This document shows positions 1 to 10,890 of a DNA stretch of 64,000 bases, piece after piece. The notes beneath the pieces were generated by a model, which worked only from the letters and a program-made list of their open reading frames with translations, ran no database searches and was not told the DNA's origin. The position numbers and the translations under genes were made by a program. This DNA comes from an uncultured delta proteobacterium (GTDB lineage Bacteria; Myxococcota_A; Polyangia; Polyangiales; Polyangiaceae). The stretch spans positions 480,001 to 544,000 of the forward strand of contig CAWJCS010000006.1 of assembly GCA_963841435.1 (NCBI GenBank), read 5' to 3'. How positions within the stretch are numbered: position 1 is the first letter of the stretch; each line of letters starts with the position of its first letter.

Positions 1-30
1 ACCTCGAGCTCGCGTCGGCTTCGCGGGCCG

Positions 31-279
31 TCAGCGCGGGCGCGCCCGCTCAGTGGCGGCGTCTGGCCCGGCGTCGCTGCCCGCGTCGACGGCGACGGGC
101 ACGGGGACGCAGGCGTCGCCATCGGGCAGCGTGCCGCGCGGGCAGGCCGCGGTGAGCGAGGGTGCGAGCTCGCTCGATGTGGATGGCAGCGCTTGCGCAC
201 CCACGCGCACGATGTGGGGGGAGCGCGCCACCGCGACGGCCAGGGCGGCGAGGACCGCGGCGAGCACACCGGCTTTCAC
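31..279 (-). CDS. Small putative membrane-anchored hypothetical protein (~82 aa)
   Basis: 3' part of ORF 31..1329. GTG at 279 gives MKAGVLAAVLAALAVAVAR (hydrophobic leader), followed by a Cys pair (ACPRGTLPDGDACVPV). Start is uncertain (GTG 291 is an alternative). Confidence 0.4.
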   Translation of the reverse strand: MKAGVLAAVLAALAVAVARSPHIVRVGAQALPSTSSELAPSLTAACPRGTLPDGDACVPVPVAVDAGSDAGPDAATERARPR

Positions 280-321
280 GACGGGCGACACGAGCCCAGG
301 ATAGCGCGCTATTGTCGTCCC

Positions 322-1143
322 GTGTTTCGAAGCGGCAAGCTCTCTCCGGCCGACGCGGCCATCTTCGAGACGTTCGTCGTCCCGCGCTACCTCTCGCTGT
401 ACGGCGAGCTCGCGCTCGACCTCTTGCTCTCGGGGGACGTGGCGCGCGCCCTTCACGTCGGCTGCCGCACGGGATACCCGGATCTCAAGCTCTACGAGCG
501 TGTCGACCAGGTGGAGATCATCGGCCTGGACGCGTCCTTGCCGGCGCTCGAGCTCGCGCGCAACAAGGCGGCCGCGCGCCGCGCCGAGAGCATCGAATAT
601 CGCGTGCTCGAGGACGGTCTGGGCGACATGGAGGGCGGCCAGTTCACGCACGCACTCTGCTTGCATCCGATCACGCTCGTCGAGGATCGCCTCGAGCTCT
701 TTCGTGACCTTCGGCGCCTGCTCTGCGAGGGCGGCCAGGCGCTCGTCGCGCTGCCGCTGCGCGGCTCCTTCCAGGAGATCGCGGACCTTTTGCGCGAGTA
801 CGCGCTGAAGTTCGACGCGACCGACTTCGGCAAGGCCGTCGAGTTTGCGCTCGCCACGCGCCCGTCGATCGAGTCGCTGTCCGAGGAGCTCGAGGGCAGT
901 GGCTTCGAGGACGTCGACGTGGAGATCCGGCAGACGGTCTTGCCGTTCGACAGCGGGCGCGCCTTCGTCGAAGACCCCGTGACACGCCTTCTCATCATGC
1001 CGGAGCTCGAGACCTGGCTCGGCGGCCACGATCTCAAGAAGCCCATGGAGTACGTGCGCGACGCCGTCGACAAGTACTGGTCCGAGGGCAAGCTCGAGGT
1101 CACGCTGAACGTCGGCTGCGCGAGCGCCCGCGCCTACGGCTGA
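322..1143 (+). CDS. Class I SAM-dependent methyltransferase-like protein
   Basis: GTG 322 in frame with ORF 193..1143. Motif I-like ALHVGCRTGY, then IIGLDAS, and RRLLCEGGQALV, typical of the Methyltransf_11/25 fold. Confidence 0.75.
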   Translation: MFRSGKLSPADAAIFETFVVPRYLSLYGELALDLLLSGDVARALHVGCRTGYPDLKLYERVDQVEIIGLDASLPALELARNKAAARRAESIEYRVLEDGLGDMEGGQFTHALCLHPITLVEDRLELFRDLRRLLCEGGQALVALPLRGSFQEIADLLREYALKFDATDFGKAVEFALATRPSIESLSEELEGSGFEDVDVEIRQTVLPFDSGRAFVEDPVTRLLIMPELETWLGGHDLKKPMEYVRDAVDKYWSEGKLEVTLNVGCASARAYG

Positions 1144-1162
1144 CGCGCGGGCGCGCGACTTT

Positions 1163-1927
1163 TCACGTGGCGGCGAGCACGGCGCCGAGCGCGGCGACGC
1201 TCGCGAGCTCGGTGCGCAGCACGAGTCCACCGAGGCGGGCGCGCACGAAGCCCGAACGTTCGGCTGCTTCAATCTCGCGGGCGCTGAGGCCACCCTCGGG
1301 TCCGACGAGCAGCACGACGCCGCGCTCACCGCGCCCGGCGACGAGAGCGCCGAGCCCCGTCTCGCCGAGCGGATCGAGGCAGAGCTTCAGGGCGGGATCG
1401 GCGGCGAGCGTGGGAACGAGCTCGGCGAGCAGGCTCGGGCCGTCGATTTGCGGCAGGTCGCCGCGACCGCTCTGGCGCGCGGCGTCGAGCGCAATCGCGT
1501 GCCAGCGCTCGTTGCGCCGCCCGGGCTCGCGCGACAGGCGCACCACGCTGCGCTCGCTCTCGGCGACAATGAGGCGACCCACGCCGAGCGCGGTCGCCGC
1601 TCGCACCACGTCGTCGATCTTGTCGCCCTTCGCGGCACATTGAATCAGGGTGACGCCGCGCGAGCCGTGCCGGGCCGCCGCGACGGGCGTCGCGAGCCGG
1701 CACACGAGGTGATCACGCGCGACGCGGGCGATCACCGCCTCGGCCTCGATTTCGCGCTCGGGGTCGAAGGCCGTGAAGCGATCGCCCGCACCGAGCCGGA
1801 GCACACGCGTGAGGTAGCGCGCCTCCGCGTCGCCGATGCGCCGCTCCCCCTCGCTCGGATCGGCCACCCACACGCGCGGCAGCCGCGTCCGCTCGCTCGG
1901 CTCGGAACCGGATCGCGCGTCGGTCAT
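1163..1927 (-). CDS. rsmE: 16S rRNA m3U1498 methyltransferase RsmE
   Basis: YLTRVLRLGAGD, KGDKIDDVVRAATALGV, AARQSGR, LLVGPEGGLS, LGGLVLRTELA (SPOUT RsmE motifs). ATG at 1927. Confidence 0.93.
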   Translation of the reverse strand: MTDARSGSEPSERTRLPRVWVADPSEGERRIGDAEARYLTRVLRLGAGDRFTAFDPEREIEAEAVIARVARDHLVCRLATPVAAARHGSRGVTLIQCAAKGDKIDDVVRAATALGVGRLIVAESERSVVRLSREPGRRNERWHAIALDAARQSGRGDLPQIDGPSLLAELVPTLAADPALKLCLDPLGETGLGALVAGRGERGVVLLVGPEGGLSAREIEAAERSGFVRARLGGLVLRTELASVAALGAVLAAT

Positions 1928-1943
1928 CGTGACGTGCTCCGGG

Positions 1944-2654
1944 TCAGTCGGGCAGCGCGTGACCGTAGTCCGCGTACGCGGTGCGCGCCGGCACCGACAC
2001 GAGCACGTCGCGGCGCTCGGCGGGCGGCGGTGGCAGCGTGCCTTTCGGGAGCACGAGCGCCGTGAGCTCGCCGCCGTAGACGCACGCCGTGTCGATGCCC
2101 GTCGCGTCGGGGTGAAGCTGCGGCTCCTTGCGCGCGTTGTGGCCGAACACGACGTGCGGCGGGCCGACGTAGGTCTTGCCCCACGGCGTGCCCCATTTGA
2201 CGCTCGGCGTGCCGTCGTCCGAAATGGAGCGAACGTGCGTGAGAAGGTACGGATCTTGTTCGGAAAACGGGACGCCCGGCACGACGCCAGCATGAACGAT
2301 GCGAAGCCCCGCGTCCCGCACGTCGATGAAGAGCGGAAAGCTCTCGAGCATTGCCCACTCCTCGGCGTCGAGCTCCTCGAAGAGCGCCTGGTGCGTGCGA
2401 CCGAGCTTCGGCAGGGGCTTGCCCTCGCGGTGCGCCGCGCGCGCGTCGAGTAGCCGTTCTTCGTGGTTGCCGCGCACGACGCCCGCGCCGAGTGCCTTGA
2501 CGACCGAGAGCACGTGATGGCTGTCGGGCCCGCGCGCCACGAGGTCGCCGACGAAGAGCAAGCGGTCGTCCGCGCTCGGTCCGAGCTTCTCGAGCAGACG
2601 CTCGAGCTCGGCCGCGCACCCGTGCACGTCCCCGATGACGATCGTCCGTGCCAC
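1944..2654 (-). CDS. Calcineurin-like metallophosphoesterase (ApaH/PrpA-type)
   Basis: GDVHG, GDLVARGPDS, RGNHE, VHAG, VVFGH and GIDT motifs. Confidence 0.92.
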   Translation of the reverse strand: MARTIVIGDVHGCAAELERLLEKLGPSADDRLLFVGDLVARGPDSHHVLSVVKALGAGVVRGNHEERLLDARAAHREGKPLPKLGRTHQALFEELDAEEWAMLESFPLFIDVRDAGLRIVHAGVVPGVPFSEQDPYLLTHVRSISDDGTPSVKWGTPWGKTYVGPPHVVFGHNARKEPQLHPDATGIDTACVYGGELTALVLPKGTLPPPPAERRDVLVSVPARTAYADYGHALPD

Positions 2655-2876
2655 GGAGAGGGACTCTACAGCGAAATTTGCGCTCAGGCTGGCGGGAGGG
2701 CGCGCGTTGCAGCGTGGGAGCGCGGCCTTGCGCTGGTCCGACGGGGCCCTGGCCGGGCGGCCGAGGGCGCCGCAGGGAGCCTTGCGGTGGCGGTGGAATG
2801 CGGACTAATGTGGCGACCTCTCGCGGCCCGCCGGTTGCGGCGCGAGGTCGAGCCCAATGCTCGAGGAGGCTCCCCG

Positions 2877-3578
2877 ATGTTTCCCAAGGTCGCTCGTATT
2901 TCCTTGTTGATGGGTGCAACGCTGGTCCCGCTCGCCTGCGGGCAAGAGGAAGCCAAGTACGAGCCGAAGCCGGCGTACAGCGGCACCAAGGCGTCGTTGC
3001 CCTCCGTGCCCACGCTACAGAAAAAGCCGATCAAGCAGGGCGACGCCTACACGGTGTGGGGCGCCGCCTACTACCTGCGCAGCCTGGTGCACAGGAAGGA
3101 CATCGCCGGCAAAGACATCACCATCGCGGGTTACATCACCAAGACGAATCTCGGTGATGCGCCCGAGTGCGCCGTTCACAAGACCGGCAAGGCCGATCCC
3201 GAAGGTTGCAAGGCGCCCGTGCCCACGTTCTGGGTCGGCGACACCAAGGACGCGCCCGAGAACGAGTCGATCAAGGTGATGGGCTGGGCCTCGAACTTCG
3301 CGAACCTGCACGACGCGATCGAAGCGTTCGACAAGCCGAAAGACGATGCCGGCTACGACGATCAGCTCTGGGGCGTGAAAGTCCCGGACCCGCTGCCCGC
3401 CGTGGGCGCGAAGGTGCTCGTCAAGGGCAAGTACTCGACGACCTTCATGAAGGCGTCGTCCGGTGCCGAGGCGGATCCCTACCAGGGCATCCTCGACTTC
3501 CAGGACATCACCGTGCAGGAGCCGGCTCCCGAGCTGGCAACGCTGCCCGGGATGAAGCGCAAAGCGCCCGCCAACTGA
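2877..3578 (+). CDS. Hypothetical lipoprotein
   Basis: GAGGAGG RBS at 2863-2869, ATG 2877, signal peptide ending VPLA-C. Strong GC3 codon bias and Lys-rich, clearly coding. Confidence 0.8.
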   Translation: MFPKVARISLLMGATLVPLACGQEEAKYEPKPAYSGTKASLPSVPTLQKKPIKQGDAYTVWGAAYYLRSLVHRKDIAGKDITIAGYITKTNLGDAPECAVHKTGKADPEGCKAPVPTFWVGDTKDAPENESIKVMGWASNFANLHDAIEAFDKPKDDAGYDDQLWGVKVPDPLPAVGAKVLVKGKYSTTFMKASSGAEADPYQGILDFQDITVQEPAPELATLPGMKRKAPAN

Positions 3579-3595
3579 GCGGCGCGGCCACGGCA

Positions 3596-3616
3596 CGCCG
3601 CCGTCGTACGGCGGCG
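3596..3616 (+). terminator. Perfect 9-bp stem-loop downstream of the lipoprotein gene
   Basis: CGCCGCCGT-CGT-ACGGCGGCG, 17 nt after the stop codon. There is no U-tract, so it may be a stabilising hairpin. Confidence 0.35.
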
Positions 3617-3842
3617 CGCGGGCCTGTCCTCGTTGGACGGCTGAGCGCGTAGGGTTTCGTGCGTCCTCGTCGGGCGGCAGGGCTGGCTGGGTCCCCGCCG
3701 GACGCCTGAGGTCGCGCGAGCCGTGGCGCGCTCCTGCGGTCGCCCGTGGACGCCGTCGTGTCTCGGGGCACACGCCTCGCGAAGGCGGAAGCGAGCCAAG
3801 TCCGCGGTCTCGTTGGGTCCTTGGTTGGGAACGCCGCTTGCG

Positions 3843-3962
3843 ATGGATGGCGACATGCTCGTCATCGCCATGCTCCCTGCCGCGCTCGCCGTCGCCCTGT
3901 TCGCCTCGACGCTCCTCTGGGCGCCGCCTCGCGTGCGTGAGCGGCGCTCACTGAAGAGCTGA
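3843..3962 (+). CDS. Possible small single-TM peptide (39 aa)
   Basis: MDGDMLVIAMLPAALAVALFASTLLWAPPRVRERRSLKS: hydrophobic helix plus basic tail, with GC3-biased codons. Confidence 0.35.
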   Translation: MDGDMLVIAMLPAALAVALFASTLLWAPPRVRERRSLKS

Positions 3963-4036
3963 ACGCTAGTTCATGTGGGTGTCTGGAGTAGCACCAAACA
4001 CAGGGTGTTTGGCCGGCGGCGAGCCTTCCAGCATTG

Positions 4037-4066
4037 TTGACAGACCGGCGGCTGGACCCTTAGCTT
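4037..4066 (+). promoter_or_regulatory. Sigma70-type promoter of the dcw cluster
   Basis: TTGACA (4037-4042), 18-bp spacer, TAGCTT (4061-4066), about 80 nt upstream of the mraZ ATG. Confidence 0.7.
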
Positions 4067-4077
4067 CGGCAGGTCCA

Positions 4078-4122
4078 GTGGGAAATAGTGGGGCTGAGTG
4101 TCAAGCCAGCCCACCCAGTGGC
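4078..4122 (+). promoter_or_regulatory. MraZ binding repeats (autoregulatory operator)
   Basis: GTGGG at 4078 and 4088, GTGTC at 4098, GTGGC at 4118, all in 10-bp phase between the promoter and mraZ. Matches the known GTGG-type MraZ boxes. Confidence 0.75.
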
Positions 4123-4144
4123 AGAAACGAGCCACCCCAAGCCG

Positions 4145-4591
4145 ATGTTCCGCGGGCACTTCATGCACAGCGTCGATGCGAAAGGTCGCATCAGTCTGCC
4201 CGTGCGCTTTCGCGAGCTCGTCTCGGCTTCGGGCGACGCGCGCGTCGTGCTCGCGCCGGCGCCGTTCGATCCGTGCCTGCACCTCTATCCGTTGCGCGCC
4301 TGGGAGGTGTTCGAGAGCCGTGTCACCGAGCTGCCGAGCCTCGCGCGCCACGCCGTGCGCTTTCGCCGGCTCTACGTGTCCGCGGCCGTCGAGTGCGAGC
4401 TCGATGGCTCGGGTCGCGTGCTCGTACCGCCGAACCTGCGCGAGCGCGCGAAGCTCGACAAGGACGCCGTCTGGGCCGGCATGGGCAAGCACCTCGAGCT
4501 CTGGTCGAAGAGCGAATGGGACCGCGCGCTCACGATGACCGAGTCCGAGGTCGAAGAGCTTCGCGCTGCCATGGAAGGGGTCAACCTATGA
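4145..4591 (+). CDS. mraZ: Transcriptional regulator MraZ
   Basis: MFRGHFMHSVDAKGRISLP and LDGSGRVLVP (two DxxGR motifs), LELW; first gene of the dcw cluster. Confidence 0.97.
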   Translation: MFRGHFMHSVDAKGRISLPVRFRELVSASGDARVVLAPAPFDPCLHLYPLRAWEVFESRVTELPSLARHAVRFRRLYVSAAVECELDGSGRVLVPPNLRERAKLDKDAVWAGMGKHLELWSKSEWDRALTMTESEVEELRAAMEGVNL

Positions 4592-5520
4592 TGGCCGCCA
4601 CTCGAATCGACTCCGACCACCAGGCGTTTTTCCACGCTCCGGTGATGCTGAAGGAAGTGCTCGAGGCGCTCGCCGGCGTCGGAAACGGCGTCGTGATCGA
4701 CGCCACGCTGGGTGGAGCAGGGCACTCGACGGCGCTGCTCGAGGCGCTTCCCGAAGCGACGCTCTACGGCTTCGATCGCGACCCCCGCGCCGTGACGGTG
4801 GCGCGCGAGCGACTCGCCCGCTTCGGCGCCCGCGCCATCGTGACGCACGCGTGCTTCGACGAGATCGAGGCTGTGCTCGACGAGCACGGCGTCGGGGAGG
4901 TCGCCGGCATGATCGTCGATCTCGGTGTGAGCTCCGAGCAGCTCACCGATGGCGAACGTGGCATGAGCTTCCGCGTCGCCGGCCCCATCGACATGCGCAT
5001 GGACCCGACCCGTGGCGAGACCGCGCGGGAGCTCATCGAGCGCTCGTCGCAAGAAGAGCTCGCCGACATCATCTACGAGCTCGGTGAGGAGCGCGCGTCG
5101 CGGCGCATCGCGCGCTGCGTCAAGCAGGCGCTCCTCGCCGACCGTCTCTCGGACACGCTGGATCTCAGGCGCGCCGTCGTGCGCGCCGTCGGCCCGCGGC
5201 GCGTCGGCGGCATAGACCCCGCGACGCGCACCTTCCAGGCGCTGCGCATGGCCGTCAACGGCGAGCTCGTCCAGCTCCGCTCCGTGCTCGCGCTTGCCCG
5301 CAAGCGCGTGGCCCTCGACGGCGTGGCCGCCGTCTTGAGCTTTCACTCGATGGAGGACCGCCTGGTCAAGCGCGAGCTCTTCGGGCGACCCGAGTGGGAG
5401 GCGCTCTCGAAGAAGCCTCTCGTGCCGAGCGACGAAGAGGTGGAGACCAACGCCCGTTCGCGCAGCGCGAAGTTACGTGCGGCGCGGCGCGTCGCCGTCG
5501 AGGACGGGGAGGCGGGATGA
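4588..5520 (+). CDS. rsmH: 16S rRNA m4C1402 methyltransferase RsmH (MraW)
   Basis: HAPVMLKE, DATLGGAGHS, DLGVSS, DMRMD, ATRTFQALRMAVN, SFHSMEDRLVK, SRSAKLR. Confidence 0.97.
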   Translation: MMAATRIDSDHQAFFHAPVMLKEVLEALAGVGNGVVIDATLGGAGHSTALLEALPEATLYGFDRDPRAVTVARERLARFGARAIVTHACFDEIEAVLDEHGVGEVAGMIVDLGVSSEQLTDGERGMSFRVAGPIDMRMDPTRGETARELIERSSQEELADIIYELGEERASRRIARCVKQALLADRLSDTLDLRRAVVRAVGPRRVGGIDPATRTFQALRMAVNGELVQLRSVLALARKRVALDGVAAVLSFHSMEDRLVKRELFGRPEWEALSKKPLVPSDEEVETNARSRSAKLRAARRVAVEDGEAG

Positions 5521-5873
5521 CCGAGGACAACCGCTTCCTTGCGCTCTGGATCCTCGCCGTGGTGTCGGCCACGGCGGCGTTCGTGCTTCATCTGGCGCTG
5601 CGCGTCCGCTCCGTCGAGCTCGGCTACGAGCTCGGGCGCACGCACGCCCACGTGGCGCGCCTCCGCGAGGTGGAGCACGTGCTCGAGCTCGAGCTTGCGA
5701 GCCACAAGACGCCCGAGCGCGTCGAATTCGTCGCGCGGACCTTGCTCGGCATGGGCGAGGCGAGCGCCGACCGCATTCTCCCCGCGGGTCCGTTGCCGCG
5801 CGAGGTCGCCGATGCCGACGGCGAAACGGGGCGCGTCGCCGCGGGGCCGCCGTCGCTGGAGAGCGCTCCGTGA
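5517..5873 (+). CDS. ftsL: Cell division protein FtsL
   Basis: Single TM helix, coiled coil, PERVEFVARTLLGM; lies between rsmH and ftsI with overlapping stop/start codons. Confidence 0.85.
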   Translation: MTEDNRFLALWILAVVSATAAFVLHLALRVRSVELGYELGRTHAHVARLREVEHVLELELASHKTPERVEFVARTLLGMGEASADRILPAGPLPREVADADGETGRVAAGPPSLESAP

Positions 5874-7942
5874 TCGACGAAGCGGCCCGCGGACGCTGGG
5901 TGCGCATCCGCATGGGCCTTTTGTGCGGCGTTCTTTCGCTCGGGCTCGGCCTCGTGGTCTCGGCCGCCTACTCGATCATGGTCGAGGACCACGGCGGGTG
6001 GCGCGAGATCGCCGAATCGCAGCGTCAGAGGCGCTTGCACGTCGCGCCGAAGCGCGGCGGGCTCTACGATCGGAACGGCGACGCCCTGGCCGTCAGCGTC
6101 GACGTGCCGAGCGCGAGCCTCGATTCCGTGGAGCTCTTGCGCGGCGTCGTGCCGCAGCAGGTGCCGCTCGTCGCACGCGAGGCCGCGAACCGCATCGGCG
6201 CCGCGCTCGGCATCGATCCCGCTCAGGTCGAGAAGCGCATCCTCTCGAAGCGCCGCTTCAGCTGGCTCAAGCGTCAGCTCACCGCCGAGGAAGCCGACGG
6301 CATCCGACGCCTCGCCGCGGGCGAGGACGGCAAGACGCCGCTGCGCGGCCTCGTCGTCGAGGGCGAGGGGCGCCGGTACTACCCGCGGCGCGAGCTCGCA
6401 GGACCCCTGCTCGGCTTCGTGGCTCCCGACGGCGAGGGCAAGGACGGCCTCGAGTATTCGCTCAACGACGACCTCGCAGGGCGCGTCGAGAGGCTTCGCG
6501 GGTTGCGCGACCGCTCGGGGCGGCTCCTTTTTTCCGAGGGCGCCGAGGACGAGCGCGCCCTCGCGGGGCACAGCATCACGCTCACGCTCGACCAGGGGCT
6601 GGAGTACGTCGCCGAGCACGAGCTCGCCGCCGCGGTGCGCACGTTCGAGGCGGCAGGCGGCTCGGTCGTCGTCGTGGATCCGTCGAACGGGCGAGATCCT
6701 CGCGCTCGCGAGCGTGCCGTACTTCAATCCCAACGACTACACGGAGAGCGAGCCCGAGGCGCGGCGCTTGCGCGCGACGGGCGACGTCTTCGAGCCGGGG
6801 TCCACCTCGAAGATCTTCACGGTGTCGGCGGCGCTCGCGGCGGGCACCATCCAGCCCACCGAGAAGCTCTACTGCGAAAAGGGCATGATGCCCCTCGACA
6901 ACGTCGTCATTCGCGACACGCACCCGTCCGAGTGGCTGACGATCGCGCAGGTGCTCGCCGTGTCGTCGAACATCTGCGCCGCCAAGATCGGCCTCGGTCT
7001 CGGCGGCGACCGGCTCTACGAGTCGCTGCGCCGCTTCGGCTTCGGTGAGCCGACGGGGTTGCCGGTGCCCGGTGAATCGTCGGGCACCTTGCGGCCCAAG
7101 GGGCGGCCCTGGGTGCAGGTCGAGACGGCGTCCGCCGCGTTCGGCCAGGGTATCGGCATCACCAACGTGCAGCTCGCGATGGCCGCTGCCGCCATCGCGA
7201 ACGGCGGCGAGCTGATGGAGCCCGTGCTCGTCAAGCGCGTGACGACGGCCGACGGCGAGATCGTGCGCGAGGCGACGCCGCGCGTGCGCCGGCGGGTCGT
7301 GCCGACGCACGTCGCGCGCACCGTCGCGGAGCTGCTCGTCGCCGTCACCGAAGGCGAGGGCACGGGCATCGAGGCGGCCATCGACGGCTATCGGGTCGCC
7401 GGCAAGACGGCGACGGCGCAAAAGGCCGAGCCCGGCACGGCGCGCTACTCGCTCGACCGCTTCATCGCGTCCTTCGTGGGCTTCGTGCCCGCCGAGAAGC
7501 CCGTCGTGGCGATCGCCGTGACGATCGACGAGCCCATGGTGGAGCACGCGGGTGGCGCCGTCGCGGCGCCCGTGTTCCGCAAGGTCGCGCAGGCGAGCCT
7601 CAAGCTTTTCGGCCTCGCGCCGCGCGGCGCAGGTCACGCCGACGTCGCCGAGCTCGGGCACCTCCCCGACCCCGCGAACGCCGCCATCGAGCTCATCCGC
7701 CGCGCCCAGGGCAAAGCGCCCGCCGTCCAGGAAGGCGTGGCGGACAATGGTCCGGTCCCCGCGGGGAGCGTGCGCGTGCCCGACATGACGGGTTGGCCGG
7801 CGCGCTCGGCGCTCAGGCGCTCTTTCGAGCTCGGCGTCAAGCCGCGCCTCTCGGGTAGCGGGCTGCTCGTGAGCCAGACACCGCGGCCGGGCGCCGTGAT
7901 GGACAAGGGGCAGGACCTCTTGCTCGTGTTCGAGCCCGCGTC

Positions 7943-7946
<4 letters not shown>
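5870..7946 (+). CDS. ftsI: Penicillin-binding protein 3 FtsI with C-terminal PASTA domain; apparent +1 frameshift at 6689-6691
   Basis: RGGLYDRNG, RRYYP, GLEYS, then EPGSTSK (SxxK), SSN and GKTAT. Removing one G from GGG at 6689-6691 gives DPSNGEILALASVP and a 691-aa protein. Confidence 0.93.
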
Positions 7947-9462
<1,516 letters not shown>

Positions 9463-9463
<1 letters not shown>

Positions 9464-10890
9464 TGGCGAGCGCGCTTCCCGACAATAGCGCGAGCTTCTC
9501 GCTCGAGGAGGTGCTCGCGATCACGGGTGGCACGCTCGCGCCGTCGTCGCGCGGCGCCTCGCCCGGGGCTCGCGTCGAGCGCGTCGTCACCGACAGCCGC
9601 GCCGACGTTGACGAGGCGCTGTTCGTCGCCCTCAAGGGCGAGCGTTTCGATGCTCACGATCACGCCGCTCAGGCGGCGCGCGGCGGGGCGCGCGTCCTCT
9701 TGCTCGAGCGCGATCTCGGCGACGTGGGGGCGCCGTGCGTGCTCGTTTCTTCGACGCTCGCGGCGCTCGGCGCGCTCGCGGCCGCGCATCGCCGGCGCTC
9801 GCCGGTGTGCGTCGTGGCCATCGCCGGCTCCGCGGGCAAGACCACCACGCGCAGCGCCGTCGGCGCCGCCCTCGAGCTCGCGGCGCCTGGCGTGGTCCAC
9901 CAGACGACGGGCAATCTCAACAACCAAGTCGGCGTGCCCCTCGTGCTCTTCGGCCTTCGTCCCGAGCACCGCTACGCCGTCGTCGAGCTCGGCACGAACG
10001 CGCCCGGCGAGGTCGAGCGCCTGGCCGCGATCGCCGCCCCCGATGTCGCGGTGCTCACGCTGATCGGCATCGAGCACAGCGAGGGCCTCGGTGATCTCGA
10101 CGGCATCGAGGCCGAGGAGGGCGCGCTCTTCGCGCGGCTCGGTGAGCAGGGCATCGCCATCGGCAACGGCGACGACGCGCGCGTGCGGCGAACGCTCGAG
10201 CGTGCCCCCGGACGAAAGCTCACCTACGGCTTCGGCGACGACGCTTTCGTGCGCGGCGTTGCGCGCGCGCCGAACGGCGTGTCGGGCCAGCGTCTCACGG
10301 CTACGGGGGGCTTCGGGCGCCTGACGTTCGAGCTTTCGATGATCGGCGAGGCAGGCGCCTACGCGGCGCTCGCGGCCCTCGCCGTGCTCGAAGCGCTGTC
10401 GCTCTCCCCGGCCCCGAGCGCGCTCGCCCGCGCGTTCGCGAGCGCGGGCGAGCCCGGGCGGCTGCAGGCCCGCGAGCTCGCCGACGGAACGGTGGTGCTC
10501 GACGACGCGTACAACGCGAACCCCGCGAGCGCGCTCGCGTCGCTGCGCACGGCCCGCGAGCTTGCGTTGAGCCGGCGCGCACGGCTCGTCGTCGTGCTCG
10601 GCGAGATGCGCGAGCTCGGCGCGATTGCGGCGCGCGAGCATGCTCGCGTGGGCGAGCAGGTGGGCGCGAGCGGCGCGGCCCTGCTCATCGCCGTGGGCGG
10701 CGACGCCCGGCTCTACGTGGACCCGGCGCGCGCGGCCGGCGTGGAAGCGTGCTTTGCCGCCGACGCCGAGGCGGGGCTCGGCGAGGCCCTAAGGCGTGTA
10801 CGCGCGGGTGACGTTGTGCTCGTGAAGGCGTCGCGTGGCGTGCGAGCCGAGCTCGTCGTCGAAGGGCTCGTCGCGCGAGGTGCCGCGTGA
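9463..10890 (+). CDS. murF: UDP-MurNAc-tripeptide:D-Ala-D-Ala ligase MurF
   Basis: TDSR, GERFDAH, GSAGKTTT, NLNNQVGVP, DDAYNANP, LGEMRELG, LVKASRG. Confidence 0.97.

Noticed and set aside
3617-3842. Possible ncRNA in the gap before the dcw cluster
   Set aside because: I recognise no RNase P, tmRNA, SRP, tRNA or riboswitch motif, and pairing is no better than expected for GC-rich DNA.
7400-7420. FtsI KTA instead of KTG
   Set aside because: A single conservative variant with SxxK and SxN intact; not enough to claim altered function.
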